Of a stretch of 64,000 nucleotides of DNA, positions 36,574 through 48,000 are shown one piece after another. The stretch covers positions 1-64,000 of IMG/VR virus record IMGVR_UViG_3300030450_001823. One strand, written 5' to 3'. The translations under genes were made by a program, and so were the position numbers. The DNA comes from a virus. The notes under the pieces were generated by a model. That model had not been told where the DNA came from, made no database searches, and saw only the letters and a program-made list of their open reading frames with translations. Numbering within the stretch: position 1 is the first letter of the stretch; every line of letters starts with the position of its first letter.

Positions 36574-38070
36574 ATGCAAGATAATGATACGAGCGCAAGT
36601 GCAGTAGTGCACAATATAAGAGCAGCGAAACGAACAGTTGACACCGTGAAAACAACCCTTGGTCCTATGGGAATGGATAAGATGATGGTTGACGGAGGTG
36701 GCAATGTCATTGTAACAAATGACGGGGCTACTATCCTACAGCAATTAGACATCGGCCACCCAGCGGCCAAGATGGTGGTAGAGGCCGCTAACACTCAAGA
36801 GAATATGTGTTATGACGGTACGACAAGTACAGTCGTATTAGCAGGGGAATTGCTAGGAAATAGCGAACTTCTGTTCAACAAGGGTCTACACGCTAATGTG
36901 ATATGCAGAGGTTATAGAAAGGCCAGTAGATGGGCTATTGAGCACCTTGAATCACTAAAAGTGAAGTCCAAGGATAACCTACTACATGTGGCGACCACTT
37001 CAATTACAGGCAAAGCGCTGGAATCTAGTATGCATCATGTAGGTGAACTGTGCGTCGACGCTGTCGAGAATGCCAAGGGTGACTACGAGCGAATCCGTGT
37101 ACTATGTCAGCCGGGAGGAGCGCTGGATGACTCTTCTTGCTTTTCAGGTGTAGTGCTACACAAGGAGTTCATGTTACCCGCAATGCCGCTCAAGCCTAAC
37201 GGCGATACTATCCTAATCAACACCGGTATGAGCGACATTAAGTCCGATGATAATGTACAGTTAAACTTAGGCTCTGCTGCCGAATATCAGCAATATAAGC
37301 GACAATCTTCAAGGGATAACTGGGTCGACAAGGCACAGCAAATCGCCTCACTTTTACCCAAAGGTGGAACTGTACTCGTTAGAGACAGTGTAAATGAGGT
37401 AATTGCTGCTACTCTTGCTAAACAAGGTATTTCTGTAGTACAGCGTATCCCTCAAAGCGACATGACTGCTCTATGTAAACTACTGGGTGCTACTATCGCA
37501 CATACCCCCGATGACTTGATTGAAGCAGTAGATGCAGACATCGAATGTACCACTATTGGTGACATGAAGTACATTGTAGTAAAGGGCGCTGGAGAGGTAA
37601 CCACGCTCATTCTAAGAGGTGCTACTAAGCAGACATTGGATGAAACCGAGCGTGGATTTGAAGACGCATTGGGAGTAGTTTGCCTCGCTTATCAGACCAA
37701 GGGAGTGGTACCCGGCGGAGGCTCTTCATATCAGAACATTGCACTTCATTTGCGCTCTCGTGCAGCAGAAGCGGGCGGTCGTGAACAGATGGCAATTGAT
37801 GCATTTGCCGACTCACTGGAGTCTATACCCGCTACTATCGCAGAGAATGCCGGTCACGATGCATTAGACACTGTATTGATGCTAAGGAATGAACATCAGC
37901 AAGGTAACTCTGATGCAGGTCCTGATATTGAGAATGGCGGCGCTTGCTCTATGTCTAAGGCGAATGTATGGGAGCCGCTGGCTCTTGTTCGTCAGGCTAT
38001 ACAATCTGCTAGTGAAGTTACAATCAGTATCCTACGAATAGATGACATAATCGGCAAGAAGAGTGAATGA
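36574..38070 (+). CDS. ths: Group II chaperonin (thermosome-like)
   Basis: [43 protein letters not shown]. Confidence 0.95.
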   Translation: MQDNDTSASAVVHNIRAAKRTVDTVKTTLGPMGMDKMMVDGGGNVIVTNDGATILQQLDIGHPAAKMVVEAANTQENMCYDGTTSTVVLAGELLGNSELLFNKGLHANVICRGYRKASRWAIEHLESLKVKSKDNLLHVATTSITGKALESSMHHVGELCVDAVENAKGDYERIRVLCQPGGALDDSSCFSGVVLHKEFMLPAMPLKPNGDTILINTGMSDIKSDDNVQLNLGSAAEYQQYKRQSSRDNWVDKAQQIASLLPKGGTVLVRDSVNEVIAATLAKQGISVVQRIPQSDMTALCKLLGATIAHTPDDLIEAVDADIECTTIGDMKYIVVKGAGEVTTLILRGATKQTLDETERGFEDALGVVCLAYQTKGVVPGGGSSYQNIALHLRSRAAEAGGREQMAIDAFADSLESIPATIAENAGHDALDTVLMLRNEHQQGNSDAGPDIENGGACSMSKANVWEPLALVRQAIQSASEVTISILRIDDIIGKKSE

Positions 38071-38325
38071 TTACAACTTCTTAGCCATTTCCCTGAGATA
38101 TTGGGATAATCTACCGTTAGCCCGTTTAGCAACCCTTTTGCTCTTACGCTTGCGTAAACCCAGTAAACCTAATTGGCCGTGAAATCGTAGGTAACCGCAA
38201 TGAGAGCACTCGTGCAGTACAGCGGTTTCTCCTGAAATATATCTCCCTGAAATTGAGCGAGGCAGTGCAACTTTAGTGCAACTTTCACACTTTTGCTTGA
38301 GCATGTCAATGAGTCTACCCATCAA
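38071..38325 (-). CDS. Small basic Zn-ribbon protein
   Basis: CESC...CSHCGY; last gene of the - strand block. Confidence 0.6.
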   Translation of the reverse strand: MMGRLIDMLKQKCESCTKVALPRSISGRYISGETAVLHECSHCGYLRFHGQLGLLGLRKRKSKRVAKRANGRLSQYLREMAKKL

Positions 38326-39521
38326 CTACTCACCGTGTTTAAGTTCACTTTATGCCAATCTGCACCATCGTACACGAACTTGCCGCATTCTCCATTAGCG
38401 ACATCTTGGTTAATCTTAGTGTTAGTACTATGCCCTCCACTCGTAGAATCGAAGTGGAGAGTATGCGCCCCAGCCTTATGGTAAATCTCGACAGTATGAC
38501 CTGCTGGGAATGTACCAGTTGGATTGAGTTTGCGAGCAGCGTCAGTAGTAATAATCCAAATGTTAGGCTCATCGAACTTGAATGTAACATCTGCTCCTGA
38601 CATTGTTAGTACTTTTACTTCATCAGGCCCTAGTCTATGGGTATGCATGGCCTTAGTGCCCCCTAGAGTACGAGAGGCGGCGTAATAGAGCATAGAATGA
38701 GAATCAGGCGTATGGCTCTGCCAAACTGCGCCAAACTCACTATTAGTCAAATCTCCACCTTCATTACTAGCATAAAGTGCATTCAAATCAGTGTGTAACC
38801 TCACTGCATTAGCAGCCGTATGAAAACTAGTACCGGTGGTTATTCCACCCTTTGTCATGTGCTGTATATACATGGGGCTATTTCTGATAAACACACGCCT
38901 GTCATGCAAAACAGGAGTGTCATTGAGTGCGTCTATTAAGTTACCAGCGGTTTGGTCTAAACTGTACCTAAGTATACCCAATACAATAGATTGGTGATTG
39001 CTACGAGTATTGTCTATCGAAGGGTCAGCGAGGAAACTAGACGGGATTAGGGGAGTACCTACAGCGGGCGCTACAGGTGTACCAACTTCGTATCTAATCC
39101 TACCAGTTAGGGTATCGTCGGAGCATATGTAAACTACGACATAGACATCGCTTGCTGCGGTGGGTACCGCCGGTAATTCGCCATTGAAATTAGCAGTACC
39201 AGTGGTACCTACAACTATCGCTTGGCTTGAACCCGGACCACCTGCGAACTTGTACAGAACTCCATCTAATACGCACCATCCACCGTGTATTGTCAGCGCA
39301 CCCGAAGCACCTACTTCGATGTAACCCGGAGTACTTGCGACTAGGCTATTTCTAAGACTAGTCCCAATAGCGGTGTCAGACATACGGATTATACCATTAC
39401 CATGTAGACCTTCGTATAAGTTAGTCAAACTTGGAGAAGACAAGCCATCTCCGTCTCTTAGTCCTTCGGCACTAGTGCCCATTCCGGTTGCGTTTGTATG
39501 CCCTGCTATAGGATTCGTCAT
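38322..39521 (-). CDS. Putative virion structural (tail/baseplate) protein
   Basis: G/T/S-rich, beta-type composition, tail context. Confidence 0.55.
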   Translation of the reverse strand: MTNPIAGHTNATGMGTSAEGLRDGDGLSSPSLTNLYEGLHGNGIIRMSDTAIGTSLRNSLVASTPGYIEVGASGALTIHGGWCVLDGVLYKFAGGPGSSQAIVVGTTGTANFNGELPAVPTAASDVYVVVYICSDDTLTGRIRYEVGTPVAPAVGTPLIPSSFLADPSIDNTRSNHQSIVLGILRYSLDQTAGNLIDALNDTPVLHDRRVFIRNSPMYIQHMTKGGITTGTSFHTAANAVRLHTDLNALYASNEGGDLTNSEFGAVWQSHTPDSHSMLYYAASRTLGGTKAMHTHRLGPDEVKVLTMSGADVTFKFDEPNIWIITTDAARKLNPTGTFPAGHTVEIYHKAGAHTLHFDSTSGGHSTNTKINQDVANGECGKFVYDGADWHKVNLNTVSS

Positions 39522-39874
39522 GCGTTCACCTCAATAATTGCTGAGAAAATAACTTCATTGTCGTTAGTCTTAGTAATTGAGTCGTATGTATACCTAAGTA
39601 AAGCGGTAGTATCGGTGGCATCGCTTGGATTCTTATACTGCACAACTACTTCCCTCAAAGGACTCGTAAAAGAACTATCTAATGACAATTTGGCTTCAAT
39701 TGCCAAACTATGGTCGTCAATTACCTTAACTGTGGGCGTAACAACGATTGCTGGCTGCGATGCGCCCGTATCGTCTTGGCTGGCAAGATTGCCACCGAAT
39801 CCGAATATAACTTCGTTAATTCTACCTTTTAGCGTGTCTATCATGTATCTAGTTCCTTGGTTTAATAATGGCAT
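39518..39874 (-). CDS. Putative tail-fibre anchor/baseplate protein
   Basis: LLNQG...LREV...LLR...ITKT pattern typical of fibre-collar N-domains. Confidence 0.5.
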   Translation of the reverse strand: MPLLNQGTRYMIDTLKGRINEVIFGFGGNLASQDDTGASQPAIVVTPTVKVIDDHSLAIEAKLSLDSSFTSPLREVVVQYKNPSDATDTTALLRYTYDSITKTNDNEVIFSAIIEVNA

Positions 39875-39875
39875 A

Positions 39876-41585
39876 TCAGCCTCTCCTTCTACTTGAGTAT
39901 GTTCCTTTGTTCAGCCCTATAGTTAAGTGGTTATTGTAAGATTCGGGCAAACTATCTATGGATATTTGGAATAACTCTTCATTATCCTTGACTAAATCAG
40001 GTGATTTTTTAGTAATTACGACTTGGTTAGCACTAGCAGAACTGAGTTTACCTAACAAGTTACCATTGGACCTGTAGACAAAGGCATCTGCCTTACCTGC
40101 GCTAATTATACTTGATGTGAATATATCGTCAGCATCCGTACCATCAGTTGCAAATGTAGTAGTATTAACTGCATAACCTCCTCCGTTGTTAATCAAAATA
40201 CCTGTACTTTTCAAATGCCTACCGCCGTGTATGGTAGATTTACTAGGTATACCTATTGCCATACCTTTTGTTGGATTCCTGATACTGCGCTCTTCTACTT
40301 GCCAAGACACCTTGATATTGAAACCAAACGATGTAAAGAAGTCTTCTTTGCCAAATTGTCGGTTACGCTCTTCGTTATCCTTTGTACTAGAACTGATGTC
40401 TACTTCTTGGAATCTTTGTAAAATATCCTCTAAAGAGCCATCTACTGAGTTGATATTGATTTCAGACTTAGCGTTTATCAAGTCGTGTTTAGTAGAAAGT
40501 ACTACTTGTCTTTGTGAATCGGTCAATGTGTCGTATGAAATCACATCTCCGGGCTGAACATTAGAAGCGTGAACTACTCCCATCAATTTTTCACCACCAG
40601 TCGCTCTTTTAGACATAGAAAGCACCCTACGACCGATATTTCTAGCACTTGCTTTGGTAACAGCAGTAGGTGCGTATATACCGCCCGGTATTTCATTGAC
40701 ACCATCTACTTGAGGGCCTAAGTCATCTATTTGTACCGTATTGTCATCGTTATTAGCCCTTGATTTGCCCCTTACTATGACACGATTAGGTGTGTTTTTA
40801 CTGGCATTTTTAACAGAGCCTTCTGTCACCATAGATTGGGTAACATAGTGCTCCCTGTTGTGCTTCTTTTGGTGAGAATAATGCAAGTTTCCAAACTGGT
40901 CGGTAGTAGTGTTATACCCGTCGTGTTTAGACAAGAACCTCATAGCAGTTATGCCATCTACGCCGTAGAAATCCTGTGCTACGAATGTGCCACTTGGGTT
41001 ATTTATGCTCAATCCGTTGAGCGAGTTGGTAGTACCCTTGGCAAGCCTAGCAACGAGGTCAGTTGTACGCAATCCGACATTGACTTTCTGACCTATGTGA
41101 ACCGTTTTGCTAGTAAATCCAACCTGTTTCAATTCTTTACCTTTCATATTACCAATTCGATAACGAGTACCGTCGGTGGCACTCAACACATCGTCTAACT
41201 CGGTTTGAGGTGAAACTAATGCCGAGACAACAAGTGACTGTGAAGGGTCATCTCCGCCGATTAACAAAGGAGGCAAGGTGTAACGATTGAGTGAAACTTC
41301 GTCGCTATCAAAGAATATACTACCCGTATACTTATGACCGTCGCTTACCTTATGAGTCAAACGGATAGTATCTTCTTCTTCTACAAGTGTGTACTTACGG
41401 TCATGCGTCGGTACAAAGTCCGTTGCAGTGGGTGCTTTTACAGAAAACCCACTTTGTACCTTGTTATATTCAGCATGGCGCATACCGTTATCCACAAACT
41501 TAGGCTTACGCACGCGCTTCATGACGGGTGTTTGGCTCGCATTGGAACGACCAGTGATTGTGTTCTTACCTAGTGCCATACTCAC
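39876..41585 (-). CDS. Putative baseplate hub/tail protein
   Basis: DQFGNLHY, NRVIVRG, VQPGDVI hub-like elements. Confidence 0.55.
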   Translation of the reverse strand: MSMALGKNTITGRSNASQTPVMKRVRKPKFVDNGMRHAEYNKVQSGFSVKAPTATDFVPTHDRKYTLVEEEDTIRLTHKVSDGHKYTGSIFFDSDEVSLNRYTLPPLLIGGDDPSQSLVVSALVSPQTELDDVLSATDGTRYRIGNMKGKELKQVGFTSKTVHIGQKVNVGLRTTDLVARLAKGTTNSLNGLSINNPSGTFVAQDFYGVDGITAMRFLSKHDGYNTTTDQFGNLHYSHQKKHNREHYVTQSMVTEGSVKNASKNTPNRVIVRGKSRANNDDNTVQIDDLGPQVDGVNEIPGGIYAPTAVTKASARNIGRRVLSMSKRATGGEKLMGVVHASNVQPGDVISYDTLTDSQRQVVLSTKHDLINAKSEININSVDGSLEDILQRFQEVDISSSTKDNEERNRQFGKEDFFTSFGFNIKVSWQVEERSIRNPTKGMAIGIPSKSTIHGGRHLKSTGILINNGGGYAVNTTTFATDGTDADDIFTSSIISAGKADAFVYRSNGNLLGKLSSASANQVVITKKSPDLVKDNEELFQISIDSLPESYNNHLTIGLNKGTYSSRRRG

Positions 41586-42016
41586 TCTCCCCTTAACATA
41601 CCAATGGCCTTGTTGTATCTCCGAGCGAGACTCTCATGTGGTTGCCTCTTTAGATTAGCATGTAAGTCGGCCAATTTCACTTGCCTTGCTTCGGGGTGTT
41701 CGTTGGCTCGTTGAATGAAATCAAAGTATTGTTCTCCTTCACGACGAGTCAAAGCATCAATTGCTGAGCCTACTTCGGGACCAAAGCGTTCATGGATTTC
41801 GTCTAAACTCACTCCCGTATCTTCTACCACATCATGTAAGTAAGCGATGCGCTGTAGGTACGGGTCAGTGAAACCACTGGCAACATCCTCTACATGCGTC
41901 ATGTAAGGTTGGTCTCCGTATAGTTGGTCACCGTGTGCTTGAGTAGCAAACTCGCGGGCTTCTTGGGGCATTTTCAGAATCCTCCAAGCCTTATCCATTG
42001 GTGTCATGCCACTCAC
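41582..42016 (-). CDS. Stand-alone HD hydrolase of RelA/SpoT/Mesh1 type with PMDKAWRILK leader
   Basis: AHGDQ..G.QPYMTH, LHDVVEDT, VKLAD; probable start ATG 42007. Confidence 0.85.
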   Translation of the reverse strand: MSGMTPMDKAWRILKMPQEAREFATQAHGDQLYGDQPYMTHVEDVASGFTDPYLQRIAYLHDVVEDTGVSLDEIHERFGPEVGSAIDALTRREGEQYFDFIQRANEHPEARQVKLADLHANLKRQPHESLARRYNKAIGMLRGE

Positions 42017-45000
42017 TCCCCGCTATGGTCTCCTGTATTATAAGATGCATCACCGTCACTACCCTTTGGATGCAATGTTTGACTGTACCTTGGCTGTACG
42101 CTGTAATCGCCTTCTTCATCATCAGGTGATTTACGACTTGCATCTGCTCTAAAGTGTTCAAGTGTATTTTCAGTCATAACTACTCTCGCCACAGGTGAGC
42201 GTATGTCAGCCTTGTTATATCCTGTTACATCTACACCCTGAATCTTAGGACCTTGGCTTGTAGGTACAGTTGTACTGGAAGTAGGGGTAATTGAGTAAAC
42301 AGGTGCATACGGCGGGCTACTCGGAGTACCCGTTAACGCACCCGGAGCATCACTTGTGAATAGCCCGTATTTACCTCCGGCTGTCGCTCTGTAAAAGTTA
42401 GAGCCGCCCTGTATAGTGTCATCCCCGTCAGTATCGTCAGCACTTATCACAGGCGCTGGTCTGAATAGTTGTACATGCTTGTTATCCAGCACTTGAGCAG
42501 GGCGATAAAGGAAATCAATTGTAGAATCAGTAGCATTTGTATTTTGGAGAGTAGAGTCGTGGGCGGCGTTTTGATAAGGATTAGATGATGAAGAGGCCCC
42601 TGCTTGCCCCCAGCCCTTGACATCAAGTACACCTGCGTATCTGCTCCATTCCATAGCATATGTACCGCCCAAAGGCCAATAGGCATGCGCGTTGGAAATC
42701 CTAGTTATACCTGCCTTTGGATTAGATGAAAAGTTAAGGGCAGTTAAGTCAAAGTCAGTCAAAGTTCTACTTGCACCATCCATAGCCCCTCTTACGGTAG
42801 TTCTCTGACCTATTTCCCTGTCAGTGTGTAAACTCACAGCCTCAGTTGACATAATTACATACTCTCTACTAACGCCTTCGTTCAGTTCTCCTATTGTATC
42901 TACATCAAGTCCTATTCTAACATCGTCTCTGCCAACAGGCTCGGCCAAACGAGTATCAGCAGTGATAGTTTCAGTACCTTCTGCAACAGAAGCGCTTGGC
43001 TTGAGCAACCCATCTTCGCTAGCGACATCTAATCTAGCACTGATTCCTCTTTCAATCTCACCTGACTGCAAAGCCAAGTTACTTGGCCTCACCAAACCTT
43101 GGCCGAAGGCTGGCTCTGCTGTGCTATGAGACAATACTAGTCCGGTAGCCTCATGTGTTTCGCTGACATCCATTAGCATACTTTCATTGAATACTGTAGG
43201 CCAGCGGACCCCTCTACCATCTCCTCTGTCACCTACTCTGAGAGCGCTGGCTGGGTTGAACCAATCCGCTACTCCCATGTTACTAGCGTCATTATTAGCG
43301 GTGTTAGCATTTCCACTTTGACGGTCGTTACCATCCCCTCCAAACAACGCATTAGCAGCAGGTCGGTGAGCGATATTAGTATCTGTATAAGCGTCTTCGG
43401 GGTCCCAAGCAGGGCGTATACCAAACCCTCTTACAGGGAAGCGCCTGACATCTTCTCCACGAGTATTGCCCCACCAGTCGACCATATAGTAGCGATGAGC
43501 ATTAGCCAATTCGGATATATCTTTACCGGCATTGTCACCCGGATATTCTCTTCTGACAGTAGATGCATTTCTGATAGTTCTAACAGCACAGCCAAACGGT
43601 TGAGTCATTCTGCGACCATCGCTGTACCTTACTTGGCGACCAATTTGGTCTTGGTTGAGTAATGCACTAACTTGTGTTAACCTTTCCAAGATGCCGACAT
43701 AAGAAGCGACAAAACTGACATCGCCCAAAGCAGTATCGCTACCTACATAGTCCCAGCCGTTAGTCTTGTTATCTTGCTGTATAAGCGGGCCGTGATAATA
43801 GCCTAGTAGAGCGTTAGAATTAGCGACTTCTAACCAACCTCGGACATATTGCCCCCATCGTGGTCTATTATACGCCTGTCTAACTCCGAATCTATAACCA
43901 AAGCAATGGTTACGAGCATAAGGTGAAGCCACAGTAGCCTCATTGTATGTGCGGGTTCTGATACCTGTATTGTCATCAAATGTACCACAGTCCATACCGT
44001 ATGTCTCCCCGCCCCAACCAATCAAAGAATCTCCATATGCCTCTAATCGACTGACTGCTCCTCCTCCATGAGAGCCGCCCGGCCAAAAGCCAGCGAAGTT
44101 ATATTTTTCACTAAGATAGAGTGCTTCGTTGTTTGTCAAAACCACTAATGTTCCGCCACCAAATGTGACTCCGTATGGAGCACTGCCGTCAACAGCCGTA
44201 AGTACACCGACTAAGATTCCAGCGGAATTGTATACGCTATCACCTACTTGGAACTTAGTAGTAGGGTCAACTGCGTCTACAGGAATAGCGCTAGTAGTGT
44301 TAACGCTGTAGGTATTACTGGCACCTGACGGGTGATTAATCAAAACACCACTACTTTCTGTACTACTTTCTACTCCACCTTGGTGTTTCAGATTAGTATC
44401 GAGGTCAATGACTGCGGCTGTATGAACTATGCCGTCAGCAGCGTTTGTAGGACTGGTGCCCCCTCCGGGTGGCGCTATCCAACTCATAGCGAATCCAAAT
44501 GGACCTTTGCTCGCTACATAATTGAAATCTTGATAATGAATTGTCTCAAAGTGCTCAGGTAGCATATTGTAAGGCTTCTTATCCAAAGGTGTATCTGCTG
44601 CTCCAGCCTTGGTATAGAAATTACGAGTACCACCGTCAGCAGTGTCACTATACCAAGTGAATGGTCTGCCGAGATTCGGATGCCACATGCATAAATATGC
44701 ATCAGGTACATGTAGGCTGTTTGTATCTCTACTGCCGTTAGATATTTGAGGCAAAGCCCTTGTAATTATACTAGATAACGAATTAGTGAATACTTTGTCA
44801 GAGGAATGGTTGTCATAAGGTCTAGTCAGTTTTATGATAGTGCCTGTTGCAATGTTAGCCCAAAACTCACCACTACCGCTGACAGTTGAGAATGTAACAG
44901 ATGCACCTAATGTTGCATAAGCAAGAGTACCTGTTCTGTTTCCATAAGTAGCAGTGTACCGTACACCATCTTTGGTGTATTCTAACTTTTCACCATAATA

Positions 45001-48000
45001 AGGTACTACTGGGAATAAAGAGTTATCATCGACTGTTATTGTAGAGGAGCCGTTGTTAGATATTACTACACAAGTAGGATTTAGACTTCTGTTGCGCTTA
45101 TGGACTTCGTAAATGTCTAGGAAAGAAGTTGGATAACCACCTAGGGTTAACTGTGCGCCTACGCAACCGTATGATGCTCTGCAAAGTTCGTAGTAATTAT
45201 CAGGCTTATGCCATTCTAGGTGTCTAAACTTGTCAGCACCACTTGCACCTGCTCCATCTTTGTGCAATATACCCCACCAAGGTACAGTAAGTGTATATCC
45301 GGGCGTAGCACTGCTAAACATACCCGGTCTGTAAGGTAGGCTTCTACGAGTAAGCGAAGGTGAACTAGTCTCTTGAACTCCAAGTGGGTTGTAAAGTGCC
45401 AAAGTAGGTAAATTAGTGAAATGGCTACCCGAATCAGGTTCAATGTCAAGTATAACTTCGTTTATTATTACTTCACAACCTCTGACATCTGCCATTATTG
45501 CATCTGCTAAAATCAGACTGTATGCGCCGTTTGTGTCAACATCTTGCTCAATGGCAATTACAGTATTCACTTGCTGCCCTGTTAATTCTACAACTTTAGT
45601 GCCGCTTTCAGAAGGTGCTTTGTTCTCAGTACTATGGTTTAAGTGGAAACCTTTGATTTGCTGAGCAAATACATTCGGCTGTATCACAATCTGATAGGCC
45701 CCGACCTCCATAGGGTCAGGGAAATGGTTGTTGAGAGTATAAGTCCCACCTGCTTCTAATACAAGTTCGTGCCCACCTGCTGCGTTAGTAGTACCAGCAG
45801 CACCTAGAGACGCAGCAACTCCGTAACCTTCGTATTTGATTTTAGTCTCAGTCAATAGAGTGAATGCCCCGCCGTGTATATCAGATGGTGAGAATGCAGC
45901 GGTTGGACCGGAGAAGTAAATGTAAGGGTCACGGCCCGATTCATGAGTGGTGGATGTAGCAGTTGTACTGGTTCTAGTACCTTCGTTGGTACCAATGAGG
46001 CTGTCAATCAAAGGTGCATTGTTAGAAGTTCTACAACTTTGGTTTAACTCGTACAAGCGTTGGTAGGCCGGGTGAGCATAATGTCCGGGCATGAGTGCCA
46101 TTGTCGGGCTAATGTAATGGTGACCCATACGAGGTATAGGCATAGGTGTCATCTTAGGAGTCATTATGTGATTATAAGGTATAGAAGGATTAGTAGTCGC
46201 ACCTGTATTCGCAGGTAAAGCAGCATATAGCGCGTACCAATCAATTATCTTCATATCAGGACTAGCACCGCTGTACTCACTATGGTCCCTTAGTCGTCTT
46301 GCGCCAAAGAACCTAGTGCTACCCGCTGGCATATAGTAAGAAGGTACTATTTTCAGCAATGTACCCTCTGATATTTCCTTTTCTACAAATGTAGTAAAGT
46401 CAGGGCTATACACGACGCCTGTAAACTTACCACTACCTATACCTGTATAAGAAACCAATACTCCTTCGTTAGTGGTATCATTGTACACTCTTAGGAAATA
46501 TCTACCACCGCTTAATTCACTACTGTCAGTCCACACACCTGTTTCAGGTGTAGCACTTACTGTTATTTCTGTACCACTATGACTTTGGTAATTTAACAAC
46601 TGCGATGTCTCACGGTTAGTCATAGATACACCCATACGGGTGACATGGAAATACAAGTTTCTATCATGAGGCTCGTATGCTGTCTTAAGAGGAGAATTAC
46701 TAGTATGGTCTTGCCACCCTTCTACAGTTGAAGCCGGGAACTTCAAGCGATTATCGCTCTTGGCCAAAGATACATCTACTCCGTCTTGACTTAAATGCTC
46801 CCAGCCGTTATTTTCCCAAGTAGGCCATAGTCTAGGACCTGAATACTTGTTATCGAACATGTCAGTAATATGCTGCACAGGCTGTGACGGGTGCTGTAGA
46901 CCTCCTGAGCCTATAGTTTCACTTTGATACGCTTGTATACGGTCGAATCCGGGCCTAACGATAATGTTACCCGGTATTTCATCAGGGTTAGGTAATCTGA
47001 TTTTCATATTAGGTGAAACACCTGTACCAGCAAGTGCAGGTGCCAGCCCCTCTATTTCCCTGTCACTTACATGTCTGAAATCCATGATAACGGTACCTAG
47101 AGGAGAGCCACCCTCAAGTCGGTGCTCTTGACCAGTATCGTCTATCACCATCATGCTTTGGAATTGCTTTTCCTCATTTGGTAACATTAGTGCGTTGCGG
47201 ATTTCCATAGGGTGCTGCTCTGCTAATTGAGGGTGGGATAGTTCTTGGGCCTGTATGATTGGAAACATCGCTGCGTTAGTTGATTCAAAACTAAACCTAA
47301 CATTACCAAGTACTTTTTCACCTTCAAGTAAGTATTGCCCAGTAGAGGCTTTTCTCCTAACCCAAGGTATAGCACCGAGTCCTCTTGCATTAGCGGCTGG
47401 CATAGTTAGACTACCGCCATCCATTCGTTTCCAAACCACATGTTCTGCTGAGAAATTACGAGCAGCAGAGCGAGTATTGTAATAGCCGAATAATCCATTA
47501 TGCGGCATAGCAGTGCTCGACGCACCGGGGTTCAAGTAATCATCACTACCACTTACCCCTATACATTCTTTGCCATAAGTACCAAAGTCTTCATGGAAAT
47601 TAGAGCCTTTAACAACGCTCTCATCCCAAAATAAATCACCAGTAGGATTTAGACAGGCGTTGGCTTGTACCATTTTGCCCGACGCTATTGTATCGTGCCA
47701 CTTATTGGCTGCTACGGCTGCGCTAGTGGCGGGATAATCCCCTGCAACAGTTGGTCTCACAAAGTCCGAATGCACTTGTGCTTCTACACGAGGACCACCA
47801 GTTGCAGGGCCTAAGTAACGAGATTTGTTGTGAACTTTAGAAGTGTCCCATTGTATTGTACCTGCATTGATAATGTTACTAGTCTCCTTCGTCATCAACC
47901 AGTCACCTGCACAAGTTACTCCGTCTCTGTCAGCCTTAGCGATAAGAGGCAATTCACTTTCGTGAGTAATCGCAATCAAGTGTCGAGAAGACAAGCCGTT

